This document shows, piece after piece, positions 17,048 through 23,157 of a stretch of DNA of 23,157 nucleotides. The DNA is from Candidatus Iainarchaeum sp. Its GTDB lineage: Archaea; Iainarchaeota; Iainarchaeia; Iainarchaeales; JAFCCJ01. The notes below the pieces were generated by a model. It worked only from the letters and a program-made list of their open reading frames with translations. It was not told where the DNA came from and ran no database searches. The stretch is from contig JBDRHK010000103.1 in assembly GCA_043816965.1 (NCBI GenBank), positions 1-23,157 on the forward strand, given 5' to 3'. The translations under genes were made by a program, and so were the position numbers. How positions within the stretch are numbered: the first letter of the stretch is position 1; each line of letters starts with the position of its first letter.

Positions 17048-18279
17048 TTCTTCATCTCCTCAACTATTTCTTTAGCTCTCACAAGCCTTATATTTTTTTC
17101 CTCGATCATCTTCGCAGCGACTAAATCAGCAGCATTTCCTTCGGCACCTGCCGAAATTGCGATGTTTTTTGCGTGCAATTTCATATGCCCTTTCTGTATT
17201 CCCTCTGTAGAGAGGGCCCTTAAAGCGGCAAAATTCTGCGCTAAACCAACTGCAGCAACCACTTCCCCCAATTCCTGCGCACTCTTTACCCCTAAAATTT
17301 TCAGTGAAATCCCTGCAACAGGATTAATTTTCGTTGCGCCCCCTACAATCCCTAATTGTACTGGAATCTCAATCTCCCCAATTAAATTTCCTTCACCATC
17401 TTTCGAGTATTTTGTAATAGGTTTGTAACTGCCAAGCGAGGCATATGAATGCACCCCTGCCTCAAATGCCCTCCAGTCATTTCCTGTGGCAACAACAACT
17501 GCATCCATTCCGTTCATCGCCCCCTTGTTATGGGTTGTGCACCTGTATTTGTCGGCTTTCGCTATTTCATAGGCCTCAATAACCAAATCAACTGTTCCCT
17601 CTCCAATCTTTTCTTTATTCCAGACTGTTTTCGCTTTTGCAATCCTCTCTGTCGCCAAATTTGAAATAATTTTCAATCTTGCCTTCCCCCCGGAAATTTC
17701 CTCAAGTTCTGGCGCGATTTTCTCGCACATTGTGTTCACTGCATTTGCACCCATTGCATCCCTTACATCAACAAGCAAATGAACCTGGATGAATTTTCCA
17801 ATTTCATTAACCTCAATTTTCTTTGCCCCTCCTCCGAGGTTTATGAGTGTGGAATCCTCAGAATTCGCGGTTCTCAGCAGTTCCTTCTCCTTGGATTTAA
17901 TTTCCTCAACAGCTTTTGCGGAATCATTCACCCCAACCAAATGAATCTGCCCTATCATAATTGGGTCTGTTGATTCTGTCTCAAATCCTGAGGAGAGTTT
18001 TGCCGCATTTGAGGCAGCTGCAATAACCGAGGGCTCCTCCAAGGCCATTGGAATCATATATGGGTTCCCATTTATTTCAAAATTAGTCGCAACACCGAGC
18101 GGGAGGGTAATTGCACCAATAACATTCTCAATCATCCTGTCAGCGTTCTCCTCTCCAAGAGAACCAAATTGCTTAAGATGATTAACTTCATCAGCACTGA
18201 GTGAAGCAAAATCCTTTACAAATTCCGCCCTTTCATCCAGGCTTTTTTTGTAGAACTTGCTGACCTTCGAAGTTTTCAT
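17044..18279 (-). CDS. mvaA: hydroxymethylglutaryl-CoA reductase, class II
   Basis: MIENVIG, EEPSVIAA, DAMGANAVNT, THNKGAMNG, TGNDWRA, GLAQNFAAL, GIQKGHMKLHA; start ATG 18279 after GGTGGG RBS. Confidence 0.95.
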   Translation of the reverse strand: MKTSKVSKFYKKSLDERAEFVKDFASLSADEVNHLKQFGSLGEENADRMIENVIGAITLPLGVATNFEINGNPYMIPMALEEPSVIAAASNAAKLSSGFETESTDPIMIGQIHLVGVNDSAKAVEEIKSKEKELLRTANSEDSTLINLGGGAKKIEVNEIGKFIQVHLLVDVRDAMGANAVNTMCEKIAPELEEISGGKARLKIISNLATERIAKAKTVWNKEKIGEGTVDLVIEAYEIAKADKYRCTTHNKGAMNGMDAVVVATGNDWRAFEAGVHSYASLGSYKPITKYSKDGEGNLIGEIEIPVQLGIVGGATKINPVAGISLKILGVKSAQELGEVVAAVGLAQNFAALRALSTEGIQKGHMKLHAKNIAISAGAEGNAADLVAAKMIEEKNIRLVRAKEIVEEMKK

Positions 18280-18371
18280 ATTCCCACCAAATATGCTGCA
18301 ATTATACAATATATTAAATCATTAAATATATACAATAACGCCAACAAACCAAAAAATTAGCGTTTTAGGAA

Positions 18372-18485
18372 TCAATAGCTATTCGCAGTAGGAAAGAGCC
18401 GGGACGGGGTTTTGAATGCCCCAAGTATCTTTTCCCTTGCCTTCTTCTTTTCTTCGCCTTTTTGGAGCATTTCCTCAGTACTCAT
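18372..18485 (-). CDS. possible small protein (37 aa)
   Basis: MSTEEMLQKGEEKKKAREKILGAFKTPSRLFPTANSY with a GAAAGA-TTTATATA promoter-like element upstream (about 18520-18533). Confidence 0.3.
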   Translation of the reverse strand: MSTEEMLQKGEEKKKAREKILGAFKTPSRLFPTANSY

Positions 18486-18583
18486 AAACTCACAGTTTAC
18501 ACATTAGCCCCTAATCCCATATATAAATCTTTCGTTAAATGCCAACCACATTAACGGCGATAGACGGAAGAATCCTCCAAGAT

Positions 18584-19501
18584 TTACATTGGTTTTCTTC
18601 TTTTGAATTTGGTGGATTTTAGGCTTGGCCAGATATCGGAGTGTTTGAAAATAAAATCCGCTAACTTGGAATCAGCAAATTTATTCAATCCATATTTGGC
18701 GGTTCTTTTAATATTTGTCTTTAGAGATTTCCCTTTTAAGGATCTAACTTTCTCAGAAAACTTTTTCTCCGGGATTCTTTCTTCAATTACCCCCATTTCT
18801 TCTCTCTGTTTTCTATCAGCATTGAACCTTCGCCTGAGCCTAACATAGTCAAGAACGGTTTCTGGGGAATAGGGATAGCTTTGTGCTTCTTCAACAATTC
18901 TAAATGCACAATTGTTGGTAAAGTGACGATCTTCGGAGATTGTGTCATTTGGCATTGTTTCTTCCATTCTCTTTGCGGTTTCTCTTCTCATGCAATAAAG
19001 GGAGCCACTTACAAAGCCCTGTGGATTCTGAAGTTGGTGTCTCCTTGCCTCTTTCGCACTCCCTCTAAGTATCCAACTCTTCTCCTTTCTCGGAATTGTG
19101 ATTGCTTTTGCCCCTGTAATTTCTAAATTTTTTTCCCTTCTAAGGGCATTTTTCAGGAATAAGAAGGCATTGGATGAATGGAAAACGTCGGCATCGGAAA
19201 ATATAATTTCTCGGGCATTTTTATTTGCAGCCTTCACAATCCTTTTCCAGGCAATAGTTTTGCCCTTCTCCGGTTCTTTTATTATTCGTATTTGATGGGG
19301 ATGCTCGCGGTTAACTTTCTCTGCAATTCCCTCCAGAAGTTCATAAGTCTTGTCTGTGCTACCATTTTCACATACGATTATTTCCCTCCTGTCTGGCGGT
19401 GTTTTTTTCCAGAGGCTTTGCCGCATAATATTATTCAAAACCTGCTCAATACTCTCTACTTCATTGTATGCAGGAATCCCAATAGTTAAGAAATCAGCCA
19501 T
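18584..19501 (-). CDS. glycosyltransferase family 2 protein
   Basis: IGIPAYNE, CENGSTD, GK, FSDAD (DxD), SGSLY, SED motifs; basic C-terminus; no obvious TM segment. Confidence 0.9.
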   Translation of the reverse strand: MADFLTIGIPAYNEVESIEQVLNNIMRQSLWKKTPPDRREIIVCENGSTDKTYELLEGIAEKVNREHPHQIRIIKEPEKGKTIAWKRIVKAANKNAREIIFSDADVFHSSNAFLFLKNALRREKNLEITGAKAITIPRKEKSWILRGSAKEARRHQLQNPQGFVSGSLYCMRRETAKRMEETMPNDTISEDRHFTNNCAFRIVEEAQSYPYSPETVLDYVRLRRRFNADRKQREEMGVIEERIPEKKFSEKVRSLKGKSLKTNIKRTAKYGLNKFADSKLADFIFKHSDIWPSLKSTKFKRRKPM

Positions 19502-19537
19502 AAATATCAGAATGTGTAGGAACTATAAAAAGCTGCA

Positions 19538-19981
19538 CTAGAGTTTCAGCTGCTCTTCTTTAATGGTGTTCAGGATGATTTTTGTCTCTGTCCTCTCCAC
19601 AAAATCATAGGTCTGGATTTTCTTCACAAAACCGTCCAAACCGCGCCTGTTCCTGAACCTTGCAACTACTATCACATCAGAGGGACCGGTTACATCATAA
19701 ACCGCGGAAACATTTGGATGGGAGGCGATTTTCTTCTCAACCTGGAAGAGTTTTCCTTTTGAAACTTTCAGCTCAACTATTGCCTCAAACTCAAAATCTA
19801 TTTTCGGGTAATCAATAATTGCAGAATATTTCCTTATTGCCCCATTCTTATCCAAAACCCTAAGCCGGTTCATAACAGTGGCTGTTGAGACCCCTGCTTT
19901 TTTTGCTATCTTTCTTAGCGAAAGGCGCGCATCGGAAGTCAGGAGGTTTATAATCGCAATATCAGTCTTGTCCAATTCCAT
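19538..19981 (-). CDS. Lrp/AsnC family transcriptional regulator, divergent from glnA
   Basis: LDKTDIAIINLLTSDARLSLRKIAKKAGVSTATVMNRL HTH; VYDVTGPSD...RTETKIIL RAM domain. Confidence 0.96.
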   Translation of the reverse strand: MELDKTDIAIINLLTSDARLSLRKIAKKAGVSTATVMNRLRVLDKNGAIRKYSAIIDYPKIDFEFEAIVELKVSKGKLFQVEKKIASHPNVSAVYDVTGPSDVIVVARFRNRRGLDGFVKKIQTYDFVERTETKIILNTIKEEQLKL

Positions 19982-20096
19982 TAAATCAACTCAATTTTCA
20001 CTTCAAATTTGTTTAATTTTTAGCTAAATTTCAAGTAATTATTGAATAAAAGTAATGTATTTGGTAATTGTTTTAAATATTTGTTTAGCAAAATAG

Positions 20097-20111
20097 CAAA
20101 AAAGTATATAT
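20097..20111 (+). promoter_or_regulatory. putative glnA BRE/TATA promoter
   Basis: CAAAAAAG-TATATAT about 25-30 nt upstream of ATG 20135. Confidence 0.45.
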
Positions 20112-20134
20112 TTGCCATGAAAACACCTTATTCT

Positions 20135-21475
20135 ATGGCTGAAAACAAGAAATTTCTGGAAAAAGTTGCCAGTGATAAGGCAAATCTGATTGAACTGCAA
20201 TTCACCGATATTTTCGGAACTATAAAAAGCGTTACCATCACTGCTGAAAGGCTTGAGGAGGTTATAGAAAAAGGGGCCTGGTTTGATGGCTCAAGCATAG
20301 AGGGTTTTGTGAGGATACATGAAAGCGATATGTTCCTTAAACCTGATATTTCCACCTATTCTTTGATTCCATGGAAAATTGATGAGAAATGCAGGTCTGC
20401 AAGGATTATTTGCGATGTGCATGTTCCTGGGGGCGGGGCTTTTGAGGGCGACCCAAGAAATATCCTGAAAATGGCAGTTGGCAAGGCAGAAGATATGGGC
20501 TATCTCTACAATGTCGGGCCTGAACTTGAGTTTTTCCTTTTTGAAAAGGCAAATGGCAAGCCAAGGCCTGTTCCCCATGATGTCGGGGGATATTTTGATT
20601 TCGCACCAAAGGATTTGGCGTCTGATGTGAGAAGAGACATAATCTTTGCCCTGCAAAAACTCGGGCTGCAGGTGGAAACCTCGCATCATGAGGTTGCACC
20701 AGGCCAGCACGAGATAGATTTCAAGTATGGGGGGGCTGTTTCAACCGCCGACAATGTTGTAAGTTTCAAATATGCCGGGAAATCAATTGCGCAGATTCAT
20801 GACCTTTACGCAAGCTTTATGCCAAAGCCCCTTTTCGGGGTAAATGGCTCAGGGATGCACGTGCACCAAAGCCTTTTCGACATTAAAACCGAAAAGAATG
20901 TTTTTTTTGATGCCAATGACAAGTACAAACTCTCGAAAACCGCAAAGCATTTCATTGCAGGGCAATTGAAGCATGCAAAGGCAATTGCCGCATTGGTAGC
21001 TCCCACTGTAAATTCATACAAAAGGCTTGTTCCGGGATATGAAGCCCCTGTTTACATCTGCTGGGGGCAGGTGAACAGGTCAGCGCTTATAAGAATCCCG
21101 AGGTATTCAAAAGGGAGGGAGGAAAGCACAAGGGCTGAGCTCAGGTGCCCTGACCCAAGCGCAAACCCATATCTTGCGTTTGCCGCAATGCTGACCGCTG
21201 GTTTAGACGGGATTGAAAAGGAAATTGAATTAGCTGATGCGGTTGAGGAGGATGTCTATGGCTTTGATGATTCAAAATTGAAAGAACTAAACATTGACAC
21301 CCTCCCTGGCTCATTGTATGAATCACTGCAGGAACTGAAAAAGGACAGGGTAATTTTCGATTCATTGGGGAACCATGCAAAGGAAACCTACTACAATGCA
21401 AAAATGAAGGAATGGGACAGGTTCAGGATTCAGGTTACTGATTGGGAACTGGGGCAGTATTTTGATGTGCTGTAA
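20135..21475 (+). CDS. glnA: glutamine synthetase type I (GSI-alpha-like)
   Basis: FDGSSIEGF, GPELEFF, HHEVAPGQHE, FMPKP, NGSGMHVHQS, NSYKRLVPGYEAP, NRSALIRIP, ELRCPDPSANPY; alternative start ATG 20117. Confidence 0.98.
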   Translation: MAENKKFLEKVASDKANLIELQFTDIFGTIKSVTITAERLEEVIEKGAWFDGSSIEGFVRIHESDMFLKPDISTYSLIPWKIDEKCRSARIICDVHVPGGGAFEGDPRNILKMAVGKAEDMGYLYNVGPELEFFLFEKANGKPRPVPHDVGGYFDFAPKDLASDVRRDIIFALQKLGLQVETSHHEVAPGQHEIDFKYGGAVSTADNVVSFKYAGKSIAQIHDLYASFMPKPLFGVNGSGMHVHQSLFDIKTEKNVFFDANDKYKLSKTAKHFIAGQLKHAKAIAALVAPTVNSYKRLVPGYEAPVYICWGQVNRSALIRIPRYSKGREESTRAELRCPDPSANPYLAFAAMLTAGLDGIEKEIELADAVEEDVYGFDDSKLKELNIDTLPGSLYESLQELKKDRVIFDSLGNHAKETYYNAKMKEWDRFRIQVTDWELGQYFDVL

Positions 21476-22480
21476 TCAATTCACCAAACGGTAAATTTTT
21501 TTCCTTCTGTCGAATTTGTGGCTTTTCTCTAAGATCAGCCTGTGTTCTATAAGGGATTCCAAAGACCTTCTCACCGTCCTTTCCGGAAGGCCGGTTTCCA
21601 GCACTAATTCAGTTTGTGTTTGCGGGCCCCTGAATTGAATAAGTTTATGCAGGAACCTTGCACTTGGGGAAAGTGTTTTGGGAATAGTTTGCCCTTTCCC
21701 AATATGGGTTTTCAGCGGGATGGTGAAGAGAACTGGTTTCCCTTTCCTTATCTCAACTTCTTCCGCCAGCTCAATCCTTTTGTGGCCGTCAATTACCGCC
21801 TCATTCCTCCCAAAATGCAGGCCCTTGACCTTAATCACGGAATTGTCATTGACAATCATCGGCCTTATCTCCCTGTTCATCGAGCTTAGGGAAATTATTG
21901 AGAAAACCTCTGCATCTGGCTTTATGAGGGAGCCTCCTGCGGAAAGGTTATGTGCTGTGCTCCCTGTCGGGGTGCTTATAAGCAAACCATCACTTACATC
22001 GCTCTTCTCATCCTTCCCGTTTATTTCAAGTGAGAAGTTCATCAAAGTCTGGTTTATTATCGGGCTGATTGTGATTTCATTCAGCGCAAAGGGAATTTTT
22101 TGCCCCTTCATTTTAAGCTCCAGCCTCGACCTTTTCTCAACAGTAAAATCACCGTTTACAATTTCAGGCAGGCTTCTTTTCAGGTTGTTGAAATCCAGTT
22201 CCATGAGGTAACCAACAGCCCCGCAATTAATCCCTAGCAGGGGAATTTTTCCAGGAATTTTCCTTGCCGCCCTGAGCATTGTCCCATCACCGCCGAAAAC
22301 CAAAACCAAATCAGAATTGAATTTTCCAATAGGAATTGAGTTTTTTGTTTTGAGGAAGGAGTCATCAACCTCTATTATAACCCCCATCTTCCTGAGTATT
22401 CCAAGTGCCTCCCTTGCAACAACCCTAGGGAGCTGGTTGCTAAAATGTCCGGTAATTCCTATTCTCGTTAGTTTCTTCAT
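21476..22480 (-). CDS. nadK: NAD kinase fused to a C-terminal winged-HTH domain
   Basis: GGDGT, LGIN.GAVGYL, ALNE, DGLLISTPTGSTAHNLSAGG; C-terminal LSPSARFLHKLIQFRGPQTQTELVLETGLPERTVRRSLESL...DRRKKIY. Confidence 0.9.
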   Translation of the reverse strand: MKKLTRIGITGHFSNQLPRVVAREALGILRKMGVIIEVDDSFLKTKNSIPIGKFNSDLVLVFGGDGTMLRAARKIPGKIPLLGINCGAVGYLMELDFNNLKRSLPEIVNGDFTVEKRSRLELKMKGQKIPFALNEITISPIINQTLMNFSLEINGKDEKSDVSDGLLISTPTGSTAHNLSAGGSLIKPDAEVFSIISLSSMNREIRPMIVNDNSVIKVKGLHFGRNEAVIDGHKRIELAEEVEIRKGKPVLFTIPLKTHIGKGQTIPKTLSPSARFLHKLIQFRGPQTQTELVLETGLPERTVRRSLESLIEHRLILEKSHKFDRRKKIYRLVN

Positions 22481-22543
22481 AAGGAAATTCCTGCAGGAAA
22501 GCCTTATAAACCATAGTTATGTAGCCATATTAGGGGACAGAAT

Positions 22544-22563
22544 GGCTGATGGGCCCACCAGCC
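22544..22563 (-). terminator. GC-rich hairpin/palindrome directly after the DUF2339-like stop codon
   Basis: Minus-strand RNA GGCUGGUG-GGCC-CAUCAGCC, an 8-bp stem including one G-U pair; no long U tract. Confidence 0.35.
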
Positions 22564-23156
22564 TAAACAATTTTCTCATATCTCGCATAGAGAAATGCTG
22601 CGGCAATAAGAATTAGCCCAAGAACAAAGAAAGAAATTATCCTGTACAGGACATCCAAACCGGCTAAATCTATTAAGAACACTTTTATTATTGAAAGCAG
22701 AAATAAAAGGACACCCATAATTCTGAATAGCCTAATTCTGAAAACAAATCCCAAAAAAAGCATTATTATTGCCTGCACTATCCATGCGACAGAAATGCCT
22801 GTTTGTTGCCAACTTTGCGACCAATCTGTGGCAAAAATCTCAGATGTTGCCAAGACGGTGGTTAATGCCGTTGCCCCAACCGCAAAAAGATTCTGAGCCC
22901 AATTTACCGCTTCCGCGTATTTTCCAAACAAGTTTTTATTATTGCTAAGCCAGACATAAATGGCATAAAATGCAATTATTGCAAGTGCCATGACAATAAC
23001 CCTTTCACTCCCGAGAAGGTTGAAGAGATCAAATTTCGCCAGGGTGAATGCATCCCATATTCCGATTTTCACAAATGTCAGCAAGCCTGCAATGCCTGCC
23101 AATGAGAAGAAGGTCAGGCTCCTGAACCTGAAGCTCATGAACAGCAGGAAGAGGAC
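22563..23156 (-). CDS. DUF2339-like multi-pass membrane protein, C-terminal part (5' end outside window)
   Basis: C-terminal IKVFLIDLAGLDVLYRIISFFVLGLILIAAAFLY signature; frame is open to the window edge. Confidence 0.8.
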   Translation of the reverse strand, partial: VLFLLFMSFRFRSLTFFSLAGIAGLLTFVKIGIWDAFTLAKFDLFNLLGSERVIVMALAIIAFYAIYVWLSNNKNLFGKYAEAVNWAQNLFAVGATALTTVLATSEIFATDWSQSWQQTGISVAWIVQAIIMLFLGFVFRIRLFRIMGVLLFLLSIIKVFLIDLAGLDVLYRIISFFVLGLILIAAAFLYARYEKIV

Positions 23157-23157
23157 T

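Noticed and set aside
1..23157. tRNA/rRNA genes, CRISPR arrays, IS elements
   Set aside because: No cloverleaf, regularly spaced repeat array, transposase or terminal inverted repeats were seen by eye.

Overview
Archaeal chromosomal DNA, judged from BRE/TATA-type promoters, GGAGG/GGTG ribosome-binding sites, archaeal-type HMG-CoA synthase, DTD2 and Lrp/AsnC genes. A DPANN-type host is plausible from the orphan and free-standing LAGLIDADG genes, but this is inference only. The core is a ~12.8 kb, tightly coupled minus-strand operon (5431-18279) that encodes the complete 'archaeal' (Aeropyrum-type) mevalonate pathway: class II HMG-CoA reductase, HMG-CoA synthase, thiolase, DUF35 scaffold, mevalonate kinase, UbiX, UbiD-family anhydromevalonate-phosphate decarboxylase, two-subunit AcnX phosphomevalonate dehydratase, isopentenyl phosphate kinase and type 2 IDI. 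Four extra genes sit inside it: an HD phosphohydrolase, a 91-aa orphan flanked by an 11-bp duplicated RBS/stop junction, a membrane protein, and a free-standing LAGLIDADG endonuclease. The endonuclease lies between two synonymously recoded copies of the thiolase N-terminus (MRSVSIIG). Flanks carry small basic orphans (one an unannotated frameshifted paralog), two Lrp/AsnC regulators, a V4R protein, a wHTH protein, dtdA, a GT2, glnA, an NAD kinase-wHTH fusion and a partial DUF2339-like membrane gene. No RNA genes, CRISPR arrays or transposases were seen.
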